Shown: positions 1 to 12,365 of the stretch, piece after piece
Numbering within the stretch: the stretch's first letter is position 1
Layout of the letters: each line of letters opens with the position of its first letter
Origin: Torpedo marmorata
Lineage: Eukaryota
Assembly: GCA_977017645.1 (NCBI GenBank)
Contig: OZ360225.1
Span: forward strand, 53,692,001 to 53,756,000
DNA: 64,000 nt
Direction of reading: 5' to 3'
Translations under genes and position numbers: made by a program
Notes under the pieces: generated by a model
Database searches by the model: none
Told to the model about the DNA's origin: nothing
The model's input: the letters and a program-made list of their open reading frames with translations, nothing else

Positions 1-692
1 AAAATTACTTATAATTTACGTAATAAATATCAATTTTTCTTAAAAATTTGGAGCCCATATATGAAAGTTGTTGGTTTAAGGATTTGAAGATCTCTGGGTA
101 TCGGATCTACTGGCATGCCTGACCTCCACAATAGAATTAGTTTATAGATGTATGTTTTTTAGATTGGCATCCTCCTTACTCTATCTTTTTCTTTCTTTTT
201 TTTTTCTTTCTCTATTTTTATTTTATATATTTTTTTTTTATTAGATTAGTGGGGTTGGGAGGGTTGGGGTGGGGAGGGTGGGTGAAAATGTATCACAAAT
301 ATTTTGATAATTTCATATTTTATTTTAAATTACTTATAATTTACGTAATAAATATCATTTCTTTTTTAAAAATTTGGAGCCCATATATGGAAGCTGTTGG
401 TTTAAGGATCTGAAGATCTCTGGACATCGGATCTACTGGCTACCTGACCTCCATAATAGAATTAGTCCATAGATGTATTTCTTTTTTTAGATTGACATTC
501 TCCTTACTCTATCTTTTTCTTTCTTTTCTTTTATTTTATTTTATATTTTTATTTTATTAGATTAGTGGGGTTGGGAGGGTTGGGGAGGGGAGGGTGGGGG
601 GGGTGAAAATGTATCACAAATATTTTGATAATTTCATATTTTATTTTATGTATTCTGTGATTTAAAATTTTAAATAAAATATTTTTTTTAAA
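1..692 (+). mobile_element. Two tandem 3' ends of an AT-rich L1-clade LINE
   Basis: Both copies (1-~326 and ~327-692) encode the ORF2 C-terminus (KITYNLRNKY..FLKIWSPYM..VGLRI*), followed by a T-rich then G-rich 3'UTR. Same family as 37826-38414, 46681-49060 and 53539-57982. Confidence 0.85.
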
Positions 693-694
693 AA

Positions 695-945
695 GGGCAG
701 CATGGTTGGCATAGCGGTTAGCGCCACGCCTTTACAGCACCAGCGATCGGGACTGGGGTTCGAATCCCGCGCTGTCTGTAAGGAGTTTGAACGTTTTCCC
801 CGTGTCTGCATGGGTTTTCCCCGGGGGCTCCGGTTTCCTCCCACCATTCAAAATGTACCGGGAGTGTAGGTGAATTGGGTGTAAATTTGGCGGCACGGAC
901 TCATGGGCTGAAATGGCTGTTACCGCGCTGTATGTCTATATTTAA
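695..945 (+). mobile_element. tRNA-derived V-SINE (HE1-like)
   Basis: tRNA-like head with B box ggttcgaatccc, followed by the V-domain core ggagtttg..ccccgtgtctgc.tgggttt.cccggg.gctccggtttcctccc. Confidence 0.8.
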
Positions 946-1286
946 AATTTGCTATAATTAGTATGCTAGAATTTATTATGTATCTGGACAGGTCTCACAG
1001 TTGAAAATAACCAAAAGGAATTTATGATGCTTCAAATTTTAATTCTAATCATTTGTTTACTGGATGTGGGTAACCTCATTTGATGTGCATCCAGTTCATC
1101 AGTAAAGGTATCCATTTTACTCCTTGTGGTAATGGTATGTCAGATTGGAAATAATAGATTTGAATCAAGATGAAATTAAAGTTCAGCGTGAGGGAGTGCA
1201 CATTGTCATTGGGATGTGACATTAATCCAAGAGCCCAAATACATGTATCCATTTAGGTGGAAATTAATAATCTTCTGCACTATTTT

Positions 1287-1308
1287 TTATTTCCAATATT
1301 TTTATTAA

Positions 1309-1373
<65 letters not shown>

Positions 1374-2533
1374 TGCTCATACATAGGTAACCATATATAT
1401 CCAACAAAGTAAATATATATTAACAAATGGCTGTAAACAACCTATGAAAGAGACAAAAAAATATGAAAAAAAAACTACTCTAATAATCTAACCCCTCCCT
1501 TGTGAAGTTATGATTAAACATATATGTTCCACTAATGTATGAAAGAAAAAGCAACCAAACCATAAAATGGGATCCAATAATCTTATAAATTCTGATAATA
1601 ATTAAGGAAAGGACCCATGTTTAGAAAATTAAGGTTCATTTCATTAGTAGAGCATCTGATTTTTTTCCAGAGTCAAGCGTGCCATCACATCAGATAACCT
1701 TTGAGTATGTGTAGGAGGGACAGCATCCTTCCATCTCATAAGTATAGCTCTTCTGGCAATAAGGAGAGCAAAGGCAACTACATGGGATTGTAGCCTAGAT
1801 AAATTTAAATCAGCTGACTTACTTATTCCAAATAGGACTAGAAAAGGGTTAGAAGCCAAATTAATATTAAGAACTAAAGACAAGGTACGGAAAATACTTT
1901 CCCAATAATTGGAAAGCCAGGAACATGGCCAAAACATATGAAATAATGTACCTTCTTCAGTCTTACATCTATCACATTTTGATGAGAAATTAGAATAAAA
2001 TTTAGCCAATTGAACTTTGGAATAGTGAGCTCGATGTACTACTTTAAATTGCAATAATGAATGTCGGGCGCATAGAGAAGATGAATTAACCAATTTCAAG
2101 ATAGAATCCCATGTAGCATCAGAAAATTCTTGTTGAAAATCTTGCTCCCATAGTTTTTTAGTCTTGTCTAGGGAATTACCACTAGACATCAATAATAACT
2201 CATTAAAAACTGATAACAACTTTTTAGTATTCGGTTTAAGATTATAAATCGTCTCTATCATCTTTAATTCCAAATCTTGAGGAAGTTTTAATACCAAGGA
2301 ATTTTAAAAACTTCTAATCTGTAAATATCTAAAAAAATGATGTTTAGTTATTTTAAATTTAGAAGATAATTGTTCAAAAGAGGCCAAATTTTGGTCAATA
2401 AAGAGATTTTGAAAAGATTGGATACCAAACTTTGACCATCGGCAAAAACCAAAATCTTGTACCGAAGGTAAAAAAAAAAAGGTATTAGCTAAAAGGGGAC
2501 TGATTAATAAAAATCTATGGCATCCAAAATGTT
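1287..2533 (-). mobile_element. 5'-truncated L1-clade LINE (ORF2 C-terminal part, second L1 subfamily)
   Basis: ORF 1644-2297 has the zinc-knuckle region CDRCK..GTLFHMFWPC and ends IARRAIL..WK...LEK. 14-bp TSD ttctgcactatttt at 1273-1286 and 2534-2547. Confidence 0.85.
1313..1372. repeat. (TA)n microsatellite
   Basis: Perfect TA run inside the L1 3'UTR. Confidence 0.95.
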
Positions 2534-2604
2534 TTCTGCACTATTTTGAAGAAAAGTAGGACATTCTCCTCACTAAGGCAAAAATGGTCTATTTATTAAA
2601 TTTT

Positions 2605-2828
2605 TATTACATTTAACCATACAGAGCGGTAACAGGCCATTCTGGCCCACGAGCCCGTTCCGCCCAATTACACCCAATTGACCTACAATCCCTGTACGTT
2701 TTTGAAGGGTGGGAGGAAACCGGAGCACCCGGAGGAAACCCACGTACACACAGGGAGAGCGTACAAAACCCTTACAGACAGTGCCGGATTCAATCCCGGG
2801 TCGCTGGCACTGTAACAACGTTACACTG
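2605..2828 (-). mobile_element. V-SINE (HE1-like)
   Basis: Reverse complement of the V-domain: gggaggaaaccggagcacccggaggaaacccacg. Confidence 0.8.
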
Positions 2829-3179
2829 TTGTTTATAGGAGCTGCACAGATTAGTTGCATTGTTTCCTGCATTACAACAAAAATCACACTTCAGCTTAAT
2901 AACTTAAGTTAGCTGGAATATATTTGGGATGCCCTGCATTCATGAAAGTGTTGACATAAATGCAAACCTTTCTTCTATTAAAAATGAGTTGGTTGCACCT
3001 CTTCTGTACCCTTCCCAATGTAAATGGCAAGTGTGAATATTCTAAATAATAATTGAATTTATCAGTAGCAAACACTACAGTTGATTTGTGGATTTATGAA
3101 ATCAATAATCAAAATAATTTTTGTTTATACACTTTCCTATTTTACCGAGGCCAATTGCTAATAAGATAAGAGAATACAT

Positions 3180-4295
3180 TAGAGAATGAAGGGAGATTTG
3201 ACAGAGGTATTAAAATTATGAAAGGTATGGATAGGGTAAATGCCAACAGGCTTTTCCACTGAGATTGGGTGAGTCAAGAACTAGAGGACATGGGTTTAGT
3301 ATGAAAGGTGAAATGTTTCCAGGGAACATTAGGGGTAACTTCTTCTCTCAGAGGGTGGTGAGAGTATGGAATGAGCAGCCAGTGGATGTGGGTTCAATTT
3401 GACATTTAAGAGAAGGTTGGATGGGTTAAAAAAAATGGCTGCGCTGCCAGAGCTGCTCTAATGGCTGCGCTGCTGCTGGTCCGGACCCGGAGAGAAGGGG
3501 GAGCATAGACACAGCGCTCCCCCGAAGGGTCCTACCAGCCAGTCCGACTGCTATCGGTTTTGTACAGGCTTTAAACGCCCTGCTAAAGGAGCCGATGGTG
3601 TTTTATTTAAATTCCTGTGACCACTTGGTCTGGGCCCAAGTTGGCAGTGCCTGTGTTTAGCAGCGGCCTCGAGGGGTTGCAGACTCCGGGGATCAGCGGA
3701 CTGGCGCAGGGCACCAGTAATGGGAGAACACCACCCATTGAGAAGGAGAAGCAGAGGAGACAACCCTAAGGATCGTGACCACGGTGGCGGACCAGCGAGG
3801 GGATCTGCGGCTGAAGGACACACACAGGCGGCCAGCAGTCAGCATCTTGCGGGTGAGGAACCCACACAGGCTGCGGGCTGCTGGCAACTTGAGGTTGGAG
3901 ATTTGGAACTGGACTCGGGTTGCCGATGTTTTGAATTGAAATGGGGTCTTGTGCAGCTGCAGAGGCTGCAGGGGTGCGGGAGGCGATTCATGGATGCTCA
4001 GTGACTCTGAGGGGGTTCTCTTTTGCTTCTCTTTCTCTAACTGTTCTGGGTACCTGGCAATGCTAATGCGAAGCTTTGTCTGCCTTATTGCAAGCTAAAG
4101 GCAATTTTGTGTAATATGACATTGCTGTTTTATTACATGACAATAAATAGTATCTGACATGGATGAGATGGGAATGGAGGGTTATGGTCCTGGTGCAGGT
4201 CGATGGGACTAGGCGGAGTAAATAGATCGGCATGGACTAGAGGGCCCAAACAGTTAGTGTCTGTGCTGTAGTGTTCTATGATTCTATGGTTCTAA
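3180..4295 (+). mobile_element. CR1 LINE 3' end, split by an insertion at 3432-4155
   Basis: Degenerate RMKGDL.EV.KIMKG.DRV...RTRGH...RGNFFSQRVV.VWN, resuming at 4156 with MEGYG..AGRWD* and a (ttctatg)n tail. Confidence 0.8.
3432..4155 (+). mobile_element. Non-coding GC-rich non-autonomous retroelement, copy 1 of 3
   Basis: Homologous to 26070-26965 (+) and 41833-42639 (-). Starts aaaatggc.gcgctgccagagctgct and ends catgacaataaa. Confidence 0.75.
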
Positions 4296-4455
4296 GCAGT
4301 TTACTTTTAACTGCAGTCAGTTATATGTGTGAGGCAAGACAATTATATTGAATATCAAAAGTTGGATGAATCTGGAATTGAAGTGAAGTTGACATAGCCT
4401 ATTAGATCACAGACTTAAATTATGATACATGCAATTTTCATTCTATAGATGGCAT

Positions 4456-4810
4456 TGTAGCACGGCGCTACGGCTATAGCTCTGCGCGTCGAGTTGGTTG
4501 TTGCTGTAGTTCTGGAGCTCAAGAGGGAGATACACACCCTCCGAGCGTCAAGACAGAACTGCCTATTCTGCCGACGGCTCTGCCTTTTATAGGCGGGCCG
4601 AGCCTGACTGCTGCGTCACTGATGGGGTGTGGCCTAAGGCGCGACACCCAGGATTGGTCGGGCCACGATCCATCCTTAGGGATTGGCCCGTTCCCTCCTT
4701 GCCGTTGTGGCCTATGAGAACGGACCGTCCGAATCACGTGCCACCTGCGCGATCGCCGTGTTCGACCACGGCTCCGTGTCGGACTGCGGAGTAGGTCGCG
4801 GGCCGCTACA
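4456..4810 (-). repeat. Gypsy 3' LTR
   Basis: Direct repeat of 8556-8912, about 92% identical by eye. Preceded on the minus strand by the polypurine tract ggggtggggggggg (~4814-4827). Confidence 0.95.
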
Positions 4811-7760
4811 CGACCCCCCCCCACCCCAGTACCGGCGATCTGTGCGGTGGCCTTGTCCTTGGGAGGCCGACCCCTGCGGCGTGGTATAGGGTAAGTGACC
4901 GGTTGGCCAGGGTCCAGGTGTGCTGGCTTGAGTCCGTCAACCGCGACCGTTTCCTCCCTGCTGCCAACATCTATGACACAAATGGAGCCGTTGTATTTGA
5001 TAACCCGGTACGGCCCTTCGTACGGTCGTTGGAGTGGTGGCTGATGTGCCCCATGCCTTACAAACACATGCCTGCAGTCCTTCAAGTTCCTTGGAATGTA
5101 GGTTTTAGGCTGGCCGTGCGCCTTGGGCTGTGCCGGGGCCAGCGTACCCAGTCGTTGCCGCAGACGAGTCAGGGCTACTGCTGGAGTGTCCTCCGTGTTC
5201 CAGGCATCGGCCAGGAATTCACCTAGGATGACCAGGGGTGCGCCATAGACCATCTCCGCTGCAGACACGTTTAAATCGTCTTTGGGCATGGTGTGGATGC
5301 CCTGGAGAACCCAAGGCAGTTCATCAGCCCAGTGCGGTCCTGTGACCCGAGCCATGAGGGCCGCCTTGAGGTGCTTACGGAACCTCTCCACCAACCCGTT
5401 GGCCTGAGGATGGTATGCCGTAGTATGATGGAGTTGTGTTCCCTGGGTGTTGGCCAAGACCGCCCAAAGGCTGGAGGTGAACTGGGCACCTCTGTCCGAC
5501 GTAAGGTGCTCAGGGACTCCAAACCGCGCCACCCAGGTGTTTAGCAAGGCCCTGGCACACGACTCTGCGGATGTTTCCACAAGCAGGACTGCTTCCGGCC
5601 ACCTAGTCAGACGATCCATCATGGTCAATAGGTATCGAGCACCTCTTGATACTGGCAGTGGGCCTACAATGTCCACATGCACGTGGCTGAACCTCCGTCG
5701 TGCCGGTTCGAATGACTGGAGAGGGGCTTTAATGTGCGTCTGCACCTTTGACGCCTGGCAATGTGTGCAGGTCTTGGCCCACTGACTAACCTCCTTACGG
5801 AGACCATGCCATACGAACCGGCTGGCCACCATCTTAACCGTGGTTCTGATGGCTGGGTGCGCCAGGTTGTGGATCGTGTCAAAAACCCGTTTTCTCCACG
5901 CTGCGGGTGTGACGGGTCTAGGCGTACCAGTCGAGGTGTCGCACAAAAGCATCTGCCTTCCTGGGCCGATGCGAACGTCCTCCAGAAGGAGACCGGTTAC
6001 CGCCGTCCGGTATGCAGATATGCCGAGGTCTGCTCGTTGTGCCTCAGCCAGGGCTGCGTAGTCGATGCCTGGGGCGAGGGCGTGTATTTCCAGTATGGCT
6101 GGCCGAGATAGCACATCAGCCACCACATTCAACTTCCCGGCAATGTGTGCTATATCCGTGGAGAACTCGGACACGTAGGACAGGTGCCTTTGCTGCCTGG
6201 CTGACCATGGGTCCGACACTTTGCCGAAAGCAAAAGTGAGCGGCTTGTGGTCCGTGAATATTTTGAACCTCCTGCCCTCCAGGAAGTATCGGAAATGTCG
6301 GACCGCCAGGTATAGAGCTAAGAGCTCCCGATCAAAGGCACTATACTTGAGCTCTGGTGGGCGGAGGTGCTTGCTGAAAAAGGCCAGCGGCTGCCATTAT
6401 CCAGCGATCAGCTGCTCAAGTACTCCCCCGACCGCTGTGTTGGAGGCGTCCACAGTGAGGGCTGTCGGGGCATCTGTCCTAGGATGCACCAGAAGGGTGG
6501 CATTTGCCAGGGCATCTTTGGCGGTTTGGAAAGCCTCTGATACCTCCTGCGTCCATTTGATTTCCTTCTTTAGGCCTGCCATGAGGGAGAATAAGGGCCG
6601 CATGATGCCAGCTGCTGTCGGTATGAAACGATGATAAATGTTAATCATATCAACAAACTCCTGCAGGCCCTTTATCATTGCGGGCTTTGCAAATGACCAG
6701 ATGGCCTCCATCTTTTCGGGCAGTGGCCTTGCCCCATCCCTGTTAATACGGTGCCCCAGGAAATCGATGTACTCCCACCCGAACTGGCACTTGGCAGGGT
6801 TGATTATCAACCCGAACTCCTTCAGGCGGGTGCACACCTGTCTTATATGGATGGCATGTTCAGCACGATTGCGGCTGGCTATCATTATGTCGTCCAAATA
6901 AATGAAGGTGAACTTGAGATCCCGGCCCACTGCGTCCATCAACCTCTGGAAGGTTAGAGCTGCATTCTTCAGGCAGAATGGCATTCGAAGAAACTCAAAC
7001 AGACCAAAGGGGGTGATAATGGCAGTCTTGGCGATGTCTTCCGGCTGGACCGGGATCTGGTGATAGCCCTTAACGAGGTCCACCTTTGAGAATATCCGTG
7101 CCCCCTGTAGGTTAGCGGTGAAGTCCTGGATGTGGGGCACCGGATATCTGTCCGATGTGGCGGTAAAACCCGCATGGTCTCCAGCTTCCTGCTGCCTTGG
7201 GCACCATGTGGAGTGGGGAGGCCCAGGGGCTGTCAGAACGCCGCACAATGCCCAGCTCTTCCATCTTCCGGAACTCTTCTTTGGCGAGATTGAGCTTCTC
7301 GGGAGGAAGGTGGCACACCCTGGCGTGAAGGGGAGGTCCTGCCTAGGTTCCGCCGAGGAAAAATGTGGTGTCGTAATGGCAGGGAATTCGGCCCTAATCC
7401 GTGCCATCTCATTGTCCGTAGCTGCTACCGAGTGCAGACAGGGGGCAGTGAGCTCAGTCCCACTCAGGGAAAGAGTCTGAAAAGTTGTGGCATGCACCAA
7501 TCTTCGCCCCTTAATGTCCACTAGTAGGGAATTGGCCCTAAGGAAATCCGCGCCCAGGAGCGGCTGCCGCACCGCCACCAGCGTGAACTTCCAGGTAAAA
7601 TGATTATCCCCAAAGTGGAGGGGGATGGTGCGGGTGCCAAAAGTGCGAATATCTGAATTATTGGCCGCTCTCAGTCCCTGTCCAATCCTGTTGCTGCGGA
7701 TGTCGGAGCTGGAAGGGGGAAAAACACTGACTTAAGCCCCAGTATCGACCAGGAACCAGC
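4811..7760 (-). pseudogene. Gypsy pol (protease, RT, RNase H, integrase), frameshifted
   Basis: Protease FLVDTGA; RT WASPLHMVPK, FSKVDLVKGYHQIP, YLDD; RNase H TVDAS; integrase HPAIRTT..CTHCQ, HVDIVGPL, SDRGAQFTS, NGLVER, and GPY motif. Confidence 0.92.
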
Positions 7761-7820
7761 GGCCCGACAGGGTGTCCTGTACATGGAGTAGGTTGTGATG
7801 CAGGCCGACCGCCGCAACCA

Positions 7821-8513
7821 TCAACGGCGGCCGGCGCTGGTGTTTCCCTGAAGCGCACAGGGGGAACGGCATCGACGGGCCTCGGAACCCCACCGCTGGT
7901 GGTAGAAACAGAACTCCTGACCAGTGGGCTCCATCGGTTGGCGGGTCAACTGTTCGGGGGACCACCTACTCGTTCGCCACGGACGAGACGTGGACACTTG
8001 CTCCATTGTCGCACAGTCGTCTTTCTTCGCTGCCCAGAGCTCGTCCGCTCTGGCAGCTACCTTCCTGGGGTCGCTGAAATCCTCTTCCGCGAGCAACAGT
8101 CGGATGTCCTCTGGCAATCGCTCCAGGAAGACCTGCTCGAACAGCAGGCAAGGTCTGTGGCCATCCTTTAAGGCGAGCATGTCGCTCATGAGGGCGGAAG
8201 GGGCCCTGTCCCCCAAACCGTCCATATGCAACAATCGGGCCGCCCGCTCTTGCCTCGAGAGCCCGAAAGTGCAGGACAACAGCTCCTTGATGGCCACATA
8301 CCTCCCCTGCTCTGGAGGACGCCGCAGGAAGTCCATAATCCTAGCCGCCGTCTCCTGCTCGAGGGCGCTTGCCACGTGGTAATAGCGGGTGGTGTCATCA
8401 GAGATCCTTCGAAGGGTGAACTGTGCTTCGGCTTGCTCGAATCATACCAGCGGCTGCGATATCCAGAAGCTCGGCAGCTTCAACAAAACCATGTTGATTG
8501 AAGACTGTTCCAT
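7821..8513 (-). pseudogene. Gypsy gag
   Basis: ORF 7821-8375 with LFEQVFLERLPEDIR and the terminal knuckle CFYHQRWG.EARRC.SPC. The N-terminal part (KLPSFWISQP..WFEQAEAQF) lies in another frame. Confidence 0.8.
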
Positions 8514-8541
8514 CTTCAGGTCCAAATTGCCGTTTGGACCA

Positions 8542-8554
8542 GTCGGGGTCACCA
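8542..8554 (-). promoter_or_regulatory. Primer-binding site, tRNA-Trp type
   Basis: Minus strand TGGTGACCCCGAC lies 1 nt after the 5' LTR and matches the recalled tRNA-Trp 3' end. Confidence 0.8.
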
Positions 8555-8555
8555 C

Positions 8556-8912
8556 TGTAGCGCGTTGCTATGGCTATAGCTCTGCGCGTCGAGTTGGTCA
8601 TCGCTCTAGTTCTGGAGCTCAAGAGGGAGATGCACACCCTCGGAGCGTCAAGACAGAACTTCCTATTCTGCCGTCGGCTCTGCCTTTTATAGGCAGGCCG
8701 AGCCTGACTGCTGCGTCACTGATGGGGTGTGGCCTAAGGCACGACGCCCAGGATTGGTCGGGCCACGATCCATCCTTAGGGATTGGCCCGTTCCCTCCTT
8801 GCCGTTGTGGCCTATGGGAACGGGCCGTCCGAATCACGTGCTGCCTGCGCGATTGCCGTGTTCGAACACGGTTCCCTGTGTCGGCCTGCGGAGTAGGTCA
8901 CAGGCCGCTACA
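8556..8912 (-). repeat. Gypsy 5' LTR
   Basis: Direct repeat of 4456-4810; TATAAAAG on the minus strand. Confidence 0.95.
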
Positions 8913-9743
8913 GCATTCTAATAATTATGTCATTAGTCTTGGACAGTTTTTTGTGCAAAGAATATTCATGCTTGATTAGGCTCAATGGTTTAAAGGAAAA
9001 GAATAAACTTGTCACCCACGCTGGAATTTATGTTTGTGATTTGAAAGAGTCTTACAAAAGAGCAAAATCATGATTATAAGTTAAGCCAGAAGATTTGCAT
9101 TTTACCATCTGAAAAATTATCATAGAAAAGTCTGTGAATGGTTCTGCTTTGAAATTCTAGTCCATTTAACATCACTAAAAAACCATCAAGAAGTTCCTTG
9201 AGCAGCTGGAGGTGAAACATGATGATGAGGTCTCAAACAACCATCTCACCATGGACTTAATTATTGTCATAGGAATAGGTGGTAACCCCTTCTCCTCTCT
9301 AAGCCTCAGGATGCTGTCTGGGGGTCTCTCAGGAAAAAGAGGATAATATTATGAGCAAGTCACACATTTTCGATGAAATGAACAATATATATCCTATGAC
9401 ATATAAATAATGCATTTATTGGGAAGCTAATAATGCATATTTTATCATGAATACATGTAACATGCTATAACAGTTACTAATATATTCTAAAACACAGCAC
9501 TAAGATAGTGCAGTAATAATGTATGTAATGTCAACATGGGCAAGTTGGGCCGAAGGGCCTGCTGCCACACTGTATGACTCTAATTGTGCATTATCATTGT
9601 TTTATGGTATTTTTCTGGAATTTGGACATCACAAGCAAGACCAGCAATTGCTATTCAGCTCTAATTGCTCTTGAAAAGGATTTTGTGGGTTTCCAAATGC
9701 CTGCTGACCTGGTCCTTACAGGTGGTAGCAGTTGCATATTGGG

Positions 9744-10518
9744 TATAGTGACTTCAATCCAACAAATAGTCACTTGGAGGCTAGGTGAGACATTTGTTCT
9801 TGACGCGTTTCAATTAATTTACTAACAAGAATCAGAATCAGAATCAGAATCAGAATTTATTGTCATGAACAAGTCATGAAATTCGGTGTTTTGCGGCAGC
9901 ATCATAGTGTAATTAACATTCATATTAACCATCTTACGACATTACTATAAAAAATTATAAACAATAGTGCACGAAAAGTAAGGCAGTGTCTTTGGTTCAT
10001 TGATTGTCTAATAGGTTCAAAAAACTTTATTTACACACATAACTTGTAGCAATCTCAATGACTTAAATATCTTCTTTAAACAAAATATAAACATTTCTTG
10101 ATAACGATGCTTAATAAATTCCTTTAAACAATTCCTTTAAGCGATTCCTTTAACATTCATTTAAACGTCCTTTCAATGGTTCCTTTAAACGTCTTTTAAA
10201 CAGTCAATGAAAGATATAACGTTCTCACTCACCCTCCTCTGTCGCCATATTCTAATACAACCTCCTCTCCCCCCGATTCGCGCATGCTCAATGCTCATAC
10301 TCAACCGAGCATACTCCACCGCGCATACCGCCGTCACTTCCCAACTGCGCATGCTCCAGCCTCTTCCCCACTGCGCATGCGCCCTCAGCACTCCCGCGCA
10401 TGCGCAGAGTACTCAATAGGCCTAGCATGGCCTACTAATCTCCGTAAATCCTCCGCAACCCGCTGAGACAATCGGAACGCGGCAATAAAGATAAGTAACT
10501 AAGCCTTCGGCTCTTACA
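9744..10518 (-). mobile_element. Solo LTR related to the BEL/Pao LTRs at 43282 and 50824
   Basis: Reverse-complement homologue (TGTAAGAGCC...GTCACTATA). 5-bp TSD TTGGG at 9739-9743 and 10519-10523. Interrupted by a Rex tail. Confidence 0.9.
9829..10005 (-). mobile_element. Rex/Babar LINE extreme 3' end
   Basis: (gaatca)n tail plus tttattgtcatgaacaagtcatg, matching the ends of 20374-21555, 39617-40473 and 61294-62043. Confidence 0.85.
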
Positions 10519-11319
10519 TTGGGTATGGCTAGTTGTGTAGCCTGGGTGAGTAAGTGCAGTGAATTCTGCAGATAGTACATATGGCAGCCAAGGAGAGCAA
10601 GTGAACGGGGACAGAAACAGTCACGTGGGCTGCCTTGCCCTGGATGGTGTTGAGCTTATTGAGAGTTGCGAGAGTTGCACACATGTAAGCAAGTGAAGTA
10701 TATTCTGTCACACTCCTGACTTGTGCCTTATGGATGGTAATAAGGTTTGGGGAATTTGAGAGTGACTCACACCAGCCTCTAACCTTCCCTTTTATCTACA
10801 CTGAGGTGTTGTCTGTGAATAATGCATGTATATAACAATCATACGACAAATCTTAACAAGCGCACTTAATAATTTTAAACTACTTATTCCATGTCCAATT
10901 AATAACATTCAACTGGCTTTTCTCTGCTTGAGTTATTGATTCTGTCTTCACTGGAATATTTATCCTTTTACATAAATTGCACATGCATAAGTTTATCAAA
11001 ATACAATAAAAATGCAATTTAACCATGATATCTCATCTATTTAAGTCTTGTTGAATTCAATAACCTTGACTCTTGGAGTGCTCTGGGACTCCTGTCATTG
11101 AGAAGTACCAAAGTATGCACTTAAATGTTACCACCGTGAAAGGATAAATGTGTTTGGGAGCTTAACTACATCACTGTTCATTTTGCATTGCCAAACAGAA
11201 TGGGTAATTTCATGTGCCTAATTTAATATTCTATTAGAATCCAGAGCCATCCTCTCCTCACATACAACTGGGGCTCATCCTTCTGTTTTACCATCAGGAG
11301 AAAGTAACATTGCAAAAAA

Positions 11320-11655
11320 CAACAACTGGAGGAACTCAGCGGGTCAAGCATTATCTGTGGAGGGAAATTAATTGTTGACATTATTGGTCGAGACCCTGCT
11401 TCAGAACTGAGAGTGGAGAGAGAAGGTAGCCAGCTTAAAGCAAAAATGGGGAGGGTTGAGACAGGGGCCAGTTGGTGATAGGTGGGCTAAGGAGGAGTGA
11501 AGGTTGACCAGTAAATGGACCCAGGTGGGGCAGGGGGAGACACAGTTTTTAATGTTGGCAAATCCTTTCTCCCCACAGATGCTGCTCAATCCACTGAGCT
11601 TTTTCAGCGGTTTATTTTTTGCTCCAGGTTCCAGCGTCTGCAGTCTCTTGTGTCT
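11320..11655. mobile_element. Fold-back element related to the Penelope terminus
   Basis: Degenerate inverted arms ctggaggaactcagc / ctgagctttttcagc and the tail cagcgtctgcagtctcttgtgtct. Confidence 0.6.
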
Positions 11656-12054
11656 TCAGGATTGTAGTGTTCACTGGAATTTCGAACATCCAGGACTGGG
11701 AGAAACTTGGTAAAATCTTATGCCATGAAATTAATTGAGTTTTCATACAGCATACTGTACAGACTGGAAAAGACATTATTAGTGGGGCCAGACACCACTT
11801 TATGGCACATGCTCCAGCAACTTTGAACTAATGTCCATTCTTCCTCTGATCACCAACAATTGTCATTCATGATTAAAATAACAAAAGATACTGATAAAGT
11901 TGCCTTCACAAACTCATAATGTCCCAAGGTGTCTTTCAGACAGTGATGATTAGTCACTGTTGTAATCAAGGAAATTTGACAGGGAATTTGTACACAGCAA
12001 GCTGCCAGAAACAACAATGCAATAATGAACAGACAGTCAATGTTTAATGTTGTT

Positions 12055-12365
12055 GATTAAGGAATAATTAATGTCAGGACACCAGGGATAATAACATTGG
12101 AGTTTTTGACATATTGTTAAAGTTGTTCAGAAATTGAATCACAAATTGCTTTTGTGTGTCATATATTTCAATTTTAATGGAAAATAACGTACAAAGGAAA
12201 ATTAGGAACCAAGATAGATTTTTGAATTGTTGGGGAAATAAACTTATGGGGAACAGGCAGGTAGGGGAAGTTGAGTCCATGGCTCGATCAGCCATGCTCT
12301 TATTGAATGTCGCAGCAGGCTCAACTGGCCGGATGGCCGACTCCTGCTCCTATTTCTTACGCTCA
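12055..12365 (+). repeat. 311-bp direct repeat, left copy, flanking the HERO element
   Basis: Colinear with 15975-16285; about 11 substitutions counted and no indels. Includes a CR1 3' tail fragment. Confidence 0.95.

Larger units (their letters stand above)
4456..8912 (-). mobile_element. Full-length decayed Ty3/Gypsy LTR retrotransposon
   Basis: LTRs at 4456-4810 and 8556-8912 with TGTAGC...GCTACA ends. 4-bp TSD GCAT at 4452-4455 and 8913-8916. PBS and PPT present. Domain order gag-PR-RT-RH-IN. Confidence 0.95.

Noticed and set aside
695-780. tRNA gene
   Set aside because: It is the tRNA-derived head of a V-SINE, continuing into the V-domain without a proper cloverleaf.
4519-4810. Novel C-terminal extension of the 566-aa integrase ORF
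   Set aside because: Simple read-through across the PPT into the GC-rich LTR, probably from a homopolymer indel.
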